64,000 bases of DNA from an uncultured bacterium (GTDB lineage Bacteria > Krumholzibacteriota > Krumholzibacteriia > Krumholzibacteriales > Krumholzibacteriaceae). A program made the translations under genes and the position numbers. Location of the stretch: positions 60,151 through 124,150 of the forward strand of contig CBDUYR010000002.1 of assembly GCA_965371515.1 (NCBI GenBank). Reading direction: 5' to 3'. A model generated the notes under the pieces. The model was not told the DNA's origin. It saw only the letters and a list, made by a program, of their open reading frames with translations, and searched no databases. This document shows, in pieces, positions 1 to 8,209 of this stretch; within the stretch, counting starts at the first letter, position 1; each line of letters opens with the position of its first letter.

Positions 1-1
1 G

Positions 2-352
2 GAGACCCCCGATACCATCGCCTCGTGGAGTATGGAGGACGGCGTATGGATGACGCGTGGGGACGACCCCACCCCCGTCGACCAGGAAGCCTTGAAGTAT
101 CTGCTGATGTATCTTCGATCGGCGACCTTCGAAAGTCTCGTGACAGACCGAGAACTCGTATCCGCGGCGAAACCGGACATCATGATCACCCTTGGAGACA
201 GGTCAGGCGAGGTGTTCGACATCATATCGCTATACCGTTTCGAGGACGGGACTGCCGGGGGCATTTCGCTTTCTGGCGGAAACGCCGGCCATATCAGCGA
301 GGGAACGCTTGCGGAGATCCACCGGGCATATTCGGCGATTATCATCCGTTAG
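2..352 (+). CDS. Hypothetical protein, C-terminal part (5' truncated by the window edge); possibly DUF4340-like
   Basis: Frame is open from the window start through ORF 32..352 with protein-like composition; family resemblance is weak. Confidence 0.5.
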   Translation, partial: ETPDTIASWSMEDGVWMTRGDDPTPVDQEALKYLLMYLRSATFESLVTDRELVSAAKPDIMITLGDRSGEVFDIISLYRFEDGTAGGISLSGGNAGHISEGTLAEIHRAYSAIIIR

Positions 353-388
353 ACCGGGACAACTGCAGTATCACCTTTTGAGATATTC

Positions 389-397
389 TGCTATATT
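389..397 (+). promoter_or_regulatory. Extended -10 element (TG-C-TATATT) just upstream of amrS
   Basis: tgctatatt at 389-397 in an AT-rich spacer; GTG at 404 and ATG at 407 follow; no Shine-Dalgarno. Confidence 0.45.
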
Positions 398-403
398 TAA
401 TGC

Positions 404-1534
404 GTGATGAACGATTCTCAGGCAACGATATCGAGAAGGGATTTTCTTTCCTGCACGGCGGGAATGATAGCGGCTGGCGCCGCTCTTGGAGGTGCGGCAT
501 TCGCCGATGACGGCGGGCCGCATCCGGCTCGGTACTGGGAAAAGCTCGAGGACGGCCGCGTCCGCTGCACTCTCTGCCCCCATCGATGTACGATCTCCGA
601 CGGCAGGCGGGGCGCATGTAGAGTCAGAGAGAATCGCGGCGGGGTCCTCTATTCCCTCTCGTGGGGAAGGCCGTGCGCCCTTCACATCGATCCGATCGAG
701 AAGAAGCCGTTCTACCATTTCCTGCCCGGCTCCATCTCCCTCTCGATGTCGACGGTGGGATGCAACATGACATGCCGTTTCTGCCAGAACTGGCAGATCT
801 CGCAATCATCTCCCGAGGACATCGATACCGAGAGTGTGAGTCCGGGATTCTTCGCGAAAAAAGCCACAAAATCGGGCGCTTCTTCCATAGCATTCACCTA
901 CGGGGAGCCGGTCGTCTTCATCGAGTACGCGATGGATATTGCGGCGGCCGCCAGGGAATCAGGCGTAAAGAGCGTGGTCGTCACCAACGGATATATCGAG
1001 CAGGAGCCACTAGCCGATCTCTGTTCATCGGTCGACGCGATCAAGGTCGATCTCAAGGCCTTCGAGGACGGATACTACAGGAAGATATGCGGTGCCGGGC
1101 TCGACCCCGTTCTGCGCTCCCTCGTGGAGATCAGATCCCGTGGCGTATGGCTCGAGATCGTCTACCTTATGATTCCGACGCTCAACGACAACGCGGAGAC
1201 GATCGGCAGGATGGCCGCCTGGATAGAGGCCGAACTCGGGCCTGACGTTCCGGTCCATTTCTCGAGGTTCCATCCCGCCTACCGCCTTCCGGACCTCCCT
1301 CCGACACCCGTCTCTTCGCTCGACGCGGCAAGGGCAAGATGTCTCGACGCCGGATTGAACTACGTCTATATCGGCAACGTAGCCGGTCACGAGGGCGGCT
1401 CGACATTCTGCCGTTCATGCTCGAATAAGATTATTGACAGGTCCGGGTACACAATACTTTCCATCGAGATGGACGGAGACAAATGCCGGTTCTGCGGGAC
1501 CGCCCAGCCCGGAGTGTGGAGGAAAGATTCATGA
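404..1534 (+). CDS. amrS: AmmeMemoRadiSam system radical SAM enzyme with N-terminal twin-arginine signal
   Basis: CTLCPHRC..GAC N-domain, DPIEKKPFYHF, GCNMTCRFCQNWQIS (CxxxCxxC), FTYGEP, HFSRFHP, YVYIGNV and C-terminal CxxC pairs; SRRDFL followed by a hydrophobic stretch and AFA. Confidence 0.93.
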   Translation: MMNDSQATISRRDFLSCTAGMIAAGAALGGAAFADDGGPHPARYWEKLEDGRVRCTLCPHRCTISDGRRGACRVRENRGGVLYSLSWGRPCALHIDPIEKKPFYHFLPGSISLSMSTVGCNMTCRFCQNWQISQSSPEDIDTESVSPGFFAKKATKSGASSIAFTYGEPVVFIEYAMDIAAAARESGVKSVVVTNGYIEQEPLADLCSSVDAIKVDLKAFEDGYYRKICGAGLDPVLRSLVEIRSRGVWLEIVYLMIPTLNDNAETIGRMAAWIEAELGPDVPVHFSRFHPAYRLPDLPPTPVSSLDAARARCLDAGLNYVYIGNVAGHEGGSTFCRSCSNKIIDRSGYTILSIEMDGDKCRFCGTAQPGVWRKDS

Positions 1535-3042
1535 GGATACGCGTGGCTACCGGAGGGCTGATATTTATACTGATCCTTGCTGCGGCCGGTACTGATATTG
1601 CCGGCCTGAAAGGAAGCGATATGGTTAAATCGATCAGAAAACCGGCCGTTGCCGGACAGTTCTATTCTTCAGAACCGGAAGCGCTCCGCAGGGAGATAGA
1701 GAAATACATCGGCGAGGCCGATCCACCGGCCCTGGAGGACGACATATTCGCCCTCATATCTCCTCACGCCGGATACGTGTATTCGGGGCATGTAGCTGCA
1801 TGGGGCTATTCGCTCCTCGATGAGGGGAGTTTCGAGACCGTCGTAATCATCTCTCCCTGCCATGTCGATTACTTCCGTTTCGCCTCGATCTACGACGGCG
1901 ACGCCTACGAGACTCCGCTCGGCCTTGTGGAGATCGATAAAGAGCTCTCTGAGGAGATCGCTTCGCGCAGCGACCTCGTGAGGATCGGCCCGGACGGACA
2001 TGGTACGGGGTCCCGCGGAAGGGGCGAGCACTCGCTCGAGGTGCAGATCCCCTTCCTGCAGGTCGCCCTGGGGGATTTCAGGATCGTGCCGATAGTGATG
2101 GGTGACCAGTCCGCCGATGTAGTGCAAGGCCTGGGAGAAGCGCTCTCAGGGGCACTCGAGGGCCGCAACGTACTGATCGTCGCCAGTACCGATCTATCCC
2201 ATTTCCATGACGACGCCTCGGCAAGGAAGCTCGACGGCGAGTTCATAGAGAAACTCGAGGCTTTCGACGCCGGAGGCCTCATGCACTCGATCGATGCGGG
2301 AAAGACCGAGGCGTGCGGCGGCGGACCATCGGCGGCGGCGATGATAGCCTCTGCCAGTCTCGGCGGCAGAGACTGCAAGGTACTGCAATACGCCAATTCC
2401 GGTGACGTCTCTGGTGACAGGGGAAGTGTCGTCGGTTACGTCTCCGCCGTCATCACGGGAATCCGCGGTAAAAGCGACGGTGACGACGTCGACAGGGAGA
2501 CGAGGATATTCCTCCTGCGTTACGCCAGGTCGGTCATCCGCAAGAATCTCGGCATGGAGACAGAGGAGATCGAGAGACCTGACTCGCCCCTCCTCATGGA
2601 GAAGCGCGGAGGATTCGTCACTCTCAAGAAGAACGGCAGGCTCAGGGGCTGCATCGGATATATCGAGGCTGTCAAACCTCTTCTCGATACGGTCGGCGAG
2701 ATGGCTTACTCGGCGGCATTCAGCGACCACAGGTTCGACCAGGTCAGGAAGGAAGAGGTCGACGACCTGGCGATCGAGATATCGGTACTCAGCCCGGTGC
2801 GCGAGACAACGGACCCTTCGGAAATCGAAGTCGGGAGGCATGGGATCATAATATCGGCAGGAGGGCGGCGGGGGCTCCTCCTTCCCCAGGTGGCGGTCGA
2901 ATACGGCTGGGACAGGGACACGTTTCTCGACCAGACGTGCGTCAAGGCCGGTCTCTCTCCCGGCGCCTGGAAGGATGCCGGTACCACTATAGAGATTTTC
3001 AGCGCCGAGATATTCTCCGAAAAGGAGATGGGATTACGTTGA
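1531..3042 (+). CDS. amrB: Fused AmmeMemoRadiSam protein B (MEMO1 family) and protein A (AMMECR1 family)
   Basis: PAVAGQFY, PHAGYVYSG, EHSLEVQIPFL, STDLSH, CGGGP (MEMO), then GFVTL, LRGCIG, DHRF, EISVLS, LLPQVA, KAGL (AMMECR1); ATGA overlap with the amrS stop. Confidence 0.92.
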   Translation: MRIRVATGGLIFILILAAAGTDIAGLKGSDMVKSIRKPAVAGQFYSSEPEALRREIEKYIGEADPPALEDDIFALISPHAGYVYSGHVAAWGYSLLDEGSFETVVIISPCHVDYFRFASIYDGDAYETPLGLVEIDKELSEEIASRSDLVRIGPDGHGTGSRGRGEHSLEVQIPFLQVALGDFRIVPIVMGDQSADVVQGLGEALSGALEGRNVLIVASTDLSHFHDDASARKLDGEFIEKLEAFDAGGLMHSIDAGKTEACGGGPSAAAMIASASLGGRDCKVLQYANSGDVSGDRGSVVGYVSAVITGIRGKSDGDDVDRETRIFLLRYARSVIRKNLGMETEEIERPDSPLLMEKRGGFVTLKKNGRLRGCIGYIEAVKPLLDTVGEMAYSAAFSDHRFDQVRKEEVDDLAIEISVLSPVRETTDPSEIEVGRHGIIISAGGRRGLLLPQVAVEYGWDRDTFLDQTCVKAGLSPGAWKDAGTTIEIFSAEIFSEKEMGLR

Positions 3043-3051
3043 GGTTGACGG

Positions 3052-5250
3052 TCAGGCGCGGCCCGTAGCGATCTTTCGTGTAAGTATCAGGGCCGCCGCG
3101 CAGTGTATCGAAGCGGCCGTCGCGGCCGTCCACGCAAGCCCAGAAAGAGGCAGCAGCAGGGTTCCGGCAATCAGCCCTCCGGCGCACGCACCGAACATGT
3201 CCCACGAATAGAACAGTGCGGGAGGCGCGGCCGCTTCCGCTGGCCATGCCGTCTCGACGACTGTCCTGTAATAGAATCCCGTCAGCAGTCCGCCCGCTGT
3301 CGACAGGGCCGTGAATCCTGCAGTCCCCATCAGATGCCCGCTCCCCGCACCGGCCTGAAGCCGGAGCCAGACAGGGACAAGGAGTGCCGTCACTGCCATC
3401 AGGATATGGCAGACAGCCAGCCTGGAAACTCCCTTCCCCTTCCGTCGTCCGCCGGCATATGCCCCGAGAGCGGCTCCCGCCATGAACAGGGAGGTCAGCA
3501 GCACGAGCGTGTGGTAGAGTATCCCCGAGAACGACTGGTAGGCAAGCATCACTGACAGCTGAACCGTCATGCTGCACAGCCCCGTCAGGAACACCGCTGT
3601 TTTAGCCGCGGCACCACCCCTCACCAGTATCCCTGTAAGTATGGCGGCGGCAAGGATCACCGACGGCAGCACCCAGGATGGAAGATCCAGAATGGTTTCG
3701 AGAAACCTCACTGTCGCCGTTCCCGACTTCCAGCCGCGCAGTACCAGTTCAAAAGGCACCAGGACAGGATGTATGTCTGTGTTCAACCGTCGCGGCGCAT
3801 CGGCCAGCGCGGAAGAGAGGTACTCTCTTCTCTCCTCCGAGATCCTGTAGGGCAGTTCGTCGAGTGCGAGAAGGCGCCCTCCGAGACCTCTCTCCACGAG
3901 TCTTCCCGGGATATCTCCCGAGTCGACCGGGCTGTCTGACGCGATGAAGAAAACAGTCCCGCCCGGCACAATGTCGACATATTCGAATGCCGAACTGAGA
4001 GTCTCCTCGATTATTTTCAGCACAGCGGCATTCCTGGCGGAGAGGAAGTTCTCGGAGGATCCGTGCCGCACTGTCAGGATCCCCCCGGCAGAGAGGCTGT
4101 TCCGCGCAGACTCGAAGAATTCCGCGGTGAAATATCTGTTCCACCTGAGATTGATGGGCTCGGGGACGTTGACAATGATTACATCGTACGGTCCCGAGCC
4201 GCGGATCAGGAAACGGCCGTCACCCTTCAGGCCCCTTGCGCCAGGTGGTTTTCTCTCATCTCCGACAGCCCTGCCTACAGCCCCGGACAGCTGCCCGTCG
4301 AGTTCGACCCAGTCGACCCTCTCGATGCCGGGATGGCTCAGCGCCTCTTTTAGCCCTCTCCCCGGCCCTCCGCCGATCATCAGGATATCAACAGGCGCGT
4401 CATGAGCCAGCAGCGGTATATGGACCCCTTCACCAGCTCTCTCCATATCCGGATAACTGAGAAGCCTCGCTCCTCCGGAGAAGACCGATACGGTCTCCCT
4501 GTCCCTCGTCACGCACAGCTCCGCATACCTCGATGGAACGACCTCGACTACCTCGTACCCCTTGAAAACGATCGACAGACTCGCACTGTCGAGATAAGGC
4601 GCCGCCAGGATCCCCGCCACCGCAAACGAGAGTGCTATCGCCCATACCGCGCGCCTTCCCTTCATGGAAGTAGAGAGGAAGACAGCCGTCACCAGCGCCG
4701 ACACGCAGAACGACGCCTCGAGCTGTGTGAGAAATGCGAAGAAGAGGATGGAGAGGAGTACACCACCTACGATCGAGCCGGCCGCTTCCATTATGTAGGC
4801 CGAAGAGATACCGGCGGAGATCCCCTCTCGGGGATCCTTCATCACCGCGCTCGCGGAGTTGTAGACCGCGCCGTACAGAAGCCCGAAAGGAGCGGTAGCA
4901 ACGAGGATGAATCCCGCGGCGGGGAGGATATCGGGAATGGAACCCGGCGGATCGACGAGCACGCTCCTGCCCAGCCGTATCATCAGAACGATGAGGGGAA
5001 CGGAAAAAGCGAGTGAGAGCGAGAGTCCGCCGAACGCTTTTTCGATGCTCGCGGAACCTGGCCGTAGGATCCGTCCACCGAGAAGGCCGCCGGCCCCGAT
5101 CCAGAAGAGCCACGAGGAAAGCGCCAGTCCCAGTACCAGCTCAGTGCCCGTCACGACCCCGAGCAGCTCTCTTATAAAAAGTGTCTGCGCGCAGACGGCG
5201 CATGCCCCTAGTACAATGACTCTTGCTCGTCTGTGATTCCTGTCTCTCAT
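3052..5250 (-). CDS. Multi-pass membrane protein with central spermidine-synthase-like SAM-binding domain
   Basis: Hydrophobic N- and C-terminal helix bundles flank ILMIGGGPG, VELD, GDGR, YDVII, YFTAEFF..L..GG. Confidence 0.85.
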   Translation of the reverse strand: MRDRNHRRARVIVLGACAVCAQTLFIRELLGVVTGTELVLGLALSSWLFWIGAGGLLGGRILRPGSASIEKAFGGLSLSLAFSVPLIVLMIRLGRSVLVDPPGSIPDILPAAGFILVATAPFGLLYGAVYNSASAVMKDPREGISAGISSAYIMEAAGSIVGGVLLSILFFAFLTQLEASFCVSALVTAVFLSTSMKGRRAVWAIALSFAVAGILAAPYLDSASLSIVFKGYEVVEVVPSRYAELCVTRDRETVSVFSGGARLLSYPDMERAGEGVHIPLLAHDAPVDILMIGGGPGRGLKEALSHPGIERVDWVELDGQLSGAVGRAVGDERKPPGARGLKGDGRFLIRGSGPYDVIIVNVPEPINLRWNRYFTAEFFESARNSLSAGGILTVRHGSSENFLSARNAAVLKIIEETLSSAFEYVDIVPGGTVFFIASDSPVDSGDIPGRLVERGLGGRLLALDELPYRISEERREYLSSALADAPRRLNTDIHPVLVPFELVLRGWKSGTATVRFLETILDLPSWVLPSVILAAAILTGILVRGGAAAKTAVFLTGLCSMTVQLSVMLAYQSFSGILYHTLVLLTSLFMAGAALGAYAGGRRKGKGVSRLAVCHILMAVTALLVPVWLRLQAGAGSGHLMGTAGFTALSTAGGLLTGFYYRTVVETAWPAEAAAPPALFYSWDMFGACAGGLIAGTLLLPLSGLAWTAATAASIHCAAALILTRKIATGRA

Positions 5251-5633
5251 GTCAGGGAGCGCTGATCGTCGAAATAATCTTCCTCGAACACCTTCTTGAA
5301 ATCGAAGACATCGTCAAATTCCTCTATTGAATCCTCTTCGCTGCTTTCCAGCAGATTTGCGGCTATCAGGCCAAAGACGATGTTTCCTATGTCCCTCGTC
5401 GTATAGATTCCCCAGTGGTTGAGCACTTCTTTCGCCATCGGTCCGAACTGCCTCGAGGAGATCACCGTCAGCCCCTCGAGCAGCTCCTCGCCGGAAATAT
5501 GCCTGTCGACGTGAAGCATCTTTATCGTGGCTTCGACTCCGGACAGCACAAAGCGCCAGGCGTACTTTTCGTATCTGCCGTCGGCGCTCGCAGCATCATC
5601 GACCTCCCGCCACCTGTCGGAATCGTGTCTCAA
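5247..5633 (-). CDS. Minf_1886-family protein
   Basis: DGRY..AW.FV, RHISGEELL, QFGPMAKEVLNHWGI..TRDIGNIVF; probable TTG start at 5633 overlapping the nadB stop (TTGA). Confidence 0.75.
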   Translation of the reverse strand: MRHDSDRWREVDDAASADGRYEKYAWRFVLSGVEATIKMLHVDRHISGEELLEGLTVISSRQFGPMAKEVLNHWGIYTTRDIGNIVFGLIAANLLESSEEDSIEEFDDVFDFKKVFEEDYFDDQRSLT

Positions 5634-7252
5634 TCCCCCGCCCCTTCCCTGTGCCCGTATGTAGTTGCCGGCCCCCTGCCGGACCCCCTTCTCAGTATCG
5701 TCCCGTGTTCCCATGAAGGATCCCTGTCGGGCCAGTCCATATTGTAATGCAGGCCGCGCGATTCCTTTCTCCTGGAGGCCGATTCGACTACGAGCGAACT
5801 GACCAGCGCGATATTCCGCAACTCTACCATGTCGCTCGAGATGCCATACTCATCGAAGAGCATCCTGACGGTCTGGCTGATCTGGCCTATCCTCTGCCTG
5901 GCGATGTGGAGGCGTTCGTCCGACCTGACGATGCCGACGTAATCCCACATTACCCTTCTGGCCAGGTCCCAGTCATGATCGAGTATCACGGTCTCCAGCA
6001 CTTTCGGATCGGCAGCGACAGGAACATCCTCTCCGGAGAGTTCATATCGGTCTTTCTCCATCTCCCCGGCCAGTTTTGCAGCACAGCGCGCGGCGCTCAC
6101 GAGCGACTCGAGCAGCGAATTGCTCGCGAGCCTGTTGGCTCCGTGGCAGCCTGAACAGGCGACCTCACCTATGGCATAGAGCCCTTCGAGTGCAGTCGTC
6201 CCGTCGATGCGGGCCTTCACCCCTCCAACCATGTAATGCGCGGCCGGGACGACCGGGATAGGCTCGGCGCCTATATCTATGCCAAATTCAAGGCATGTCT
6301 CGCAGACGAACGGAAAGCGCTGCCTGAGCCAGTCACCCGGTCTGTGAGAGATGTCCAGCAGGACGTACTTATCTCCGCTGCGTTTCATCTCGCTGTCGAT
6401 AGCCCTGGCTACGATATCACGCGGGGCAAGCTCAGCGCGCTGATCGTAGTCTTTCATGAACTCCCTGCCGTCGAGGCTCCGCAGCACTGCTCCTTCTCCC
6501 CTCAATGCCTCGGAGATCAGCCGGGACTTGGCGTCGGGGTGATAGAGACAGGTGGGATGGAACTGCACGAACTCGAGGTTTTCGATCTCCGCACCTGCGG
6601 CGTAGGCCATCGCTATGCCGTCGCCCGTGGCGACGTCGGGATTCGAGGTGTAGAGGTATATCTTTCCCGCTCCGCCTGTAGCAAGAACGGTGTTCGACGC
6701 AAGATATGTACGGATCTCCCCGTCGCCCGGTATCGCGTGACATCCGCGCACCCTGCCGCCCCTGTCTACGACGAGGTCGACGGCAAGCCTGTTCTCTTCG
6801 AGCTCTATCCGGGGATTCGACGCGCAGGCTTCAAGCAATGTATCCTCAAGTTCCCTGCCGATCAGATCGCTGAAGTGTACTATCCGCGGCCTCGTGTGGC
6901 CGCCTTCCCGTCCGAGCTGGAGGTCTCCGCTGCTGTCGTCTCTCGAGAACCTCACTCCGAGATCGATCAGCTCCTCGATCCTGTCCGGCCCCTCGCGGAC
7001 CATCATCTCGACAGCTTCACTGTCGCAGAGACCGCCGCCGGCCTCGATCGTGTCCTTTATGTGCAGCTCGAACGAATCCCTGACCCTGTCCATGACCGAA
7101 GCTATCCCGCCCTGTGCATACTTCGTATTGGACTGATCCGCCCCCTTCTTCGTCAGCACCCTCACGTCCGCGTAAGCGGAGGCCTTCAGGGCGAAGAACA
7201 GCCCCGCGGCGCCGCTTCCGATCACCAGTATGTCGCTTCTCACAGGTTCCAA
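5630..7252 (-). CDS. nadB: L-aspartate oxidase
   Basis: VIGSGAAG FAD motif, YAQGGIA, REGGH, EFVQFHPT, LISEALRGEG, ELAPRDIVARAI, HGANRLASNSLLE. Confidence 0.95.
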   Translation of the reverse strand: MEPVRSDILVIGSGAAGLFFALKASAYADVRVLTKKGADQSNTKYAQGGIASVMDRVRDSFELHIKDTIEAGGGLCDSEAVEMMVREGPDRIEELIDLGVRFSRDDSSGDLQLGREGGHTRPRIVHFSDLIGRELEDTLLEACASNPRIELEENRLAVDLVVDRGGRVRGCHAIPGDGEIRTYLASNTVLATGGAGKIYLYTSNPDVATGDGIAMAYAAGAEIENLEFVQFHPTCLYHPDAKSRLISEALRGEGAVLRSLDGREFMKDYDQRAELAPRDIVARAIDSEMKRSGDKYVLLDISHRPGDWLRQRFPFVCETCLEFGIDIGAEPIPVVPAAHYMVGGVKARIDGTTALEGLYAIGEVACSGCHGANRLASNSLLESLVSAARCAAKLAGEMEKDRYELSGEDVPVAADPKVLETVILDHDWDLARRVMWDYVGIVRSDERLHIARQRIGQISQTVRMLFDEYGISSDMVELRNIALVSSLVVESASRRKESRGLHYNMDWPDRDPSWEHGTILRRGSGRGPATTYGHREGAGD

Positions 7253-7419
7253 GGCTTCCCGCTTTCCTGATACTCGATAATAGAGAATAGGTGTTTCTCA
7301 CCGCAACGTAAAGAAGTGCATTATGCATTTATACGGTCACCGCCCATGTACCAGCCCACCACCTGTGCTATAACACAATGATAATCCTGCACATACATAT
7401 ACGTATGGCCGCAGGAATC

Positions 7420-7434
7420 TGGCACAAACATTGC
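7420..7434 (+). promoter_or_regulatory. Sigma-54 (-24/-12) promoter
   Basis: TGGCAC-AAACA-TTGC with exact GG-N10-GC spacing, about 55 bp before the ATG at 7488, which has an AGGAGG RBS. Confidence 0.75.
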
Positions 7435-7487
7435 GTAGTGAGCGTTGAAACACCATGTAATCAGTTAACACATCAGGAGGTTACCCG

Positions 7488-8111
7488 ATGTCAGTGAGGA
7501 AGATGAGTATTGTCGCAGCCGTTATGCTTATAGTAGGCGCCGCCGTAATGTTCGGTTGTGACAACAAGCCGGATAATTACACTACCCGGGCCATAATTTA
7601 CGTCAGTTATTTGAACGACGGAGAGCCCTACATGTGCGATGTCCTTGAACAGGGCGATTCTCTCTATTACGAGGATACCTTTACTCTGAAACTCGAGGAC
7701 GATTTCATAACCGAGGACAAGGTAAAGGTGACGTTCCACAACAGGCCATACAACGGTATTATCGAGCCCGCTCTGTCGCTGGGTGATTTCCTTGTCACGG
7801 GATATACCGTAGAGTTCGTCCCGACCGACGGGAGTCCCGTTCCTTTGAGCAGCTTCACGGGCAACATGAGCGTCCTCATCCCGGCCAACGAGATGATCGA
7901 TGCGTATATCGTTCTCGTGCCCTTCGGCGCGAAAACGGTCGATCCCCTGCTTTCGATGCAGTACACGAACCAGGAGTTCTACACCAACGCGAGGATCACG
8001 TTCAGGGGCCACGAGGTCCAGACGACAAGGGAGATCAGCTTCGAGGCCGGACTCCATGTCAACTTCGGCGATCCTCTCATAACGAAGATGAACAAGGATG
8101 ATTTCAACTAG
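7488..8111 (+). CDS. Hypothetical lipoprotein
   Basis: AGGAGG RBS; basic N-terminus, hydrophobic stretch and MFG-C lipobox; beta-rich mature region. Confidence 0.8.
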   Translation: MSVRKMSIVAAVMLIVGAAVMFGCDNKPDNYTTRAIIYVSYLNDGEPYMCDVLEQGDSLYYEDTFTLKLEDDFITEDKVKVTFHNRPYNGIIEPALSLGDFLVTGYTVEFVPTDGSPVPLSSFTGNMSVLIPANEMIDAYIVLVPFGAKTVDPLLSMQYTNQEFYTNARITFRGHEVQTTREISFEAGLHVNFGDPLITKMNKDDFN

Positions 8112-8149
8112 GCCGCTCGACTAACAGGGTAACCGGTGTTTTATAGAGA

Positions 8150-8183
8150 GGCGGCCGTTCTCCGGAAGGGGAGCGGCCGTTTT
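8150..8183 (+). terminator. Intrinsic terminator-like hairpin between convergent genes
   Basis: GCGGCCGTTCTCC-GGAA-GGGGAGCGGCCGT, a 13-bp stem with GU pairs and a GNRA loop, followed by a short T run. Confidence 0.65.
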
Positions 8184-8209
8184 CCATATCCTGCGGAGTA
8201 CTCTTTGAA

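Noticed and set aside
6236..7270. 344-aa plus-strand ORF
   Set aside because: Antisense shadow of nadB.
7253..7420. Possible NAD-related riboswitch upstream of nadB
   Set aside because: A likely promoter (TTGCGG-N18-TATTAT) leaves a leader of under 25 nt, and I recognised no aptamer.
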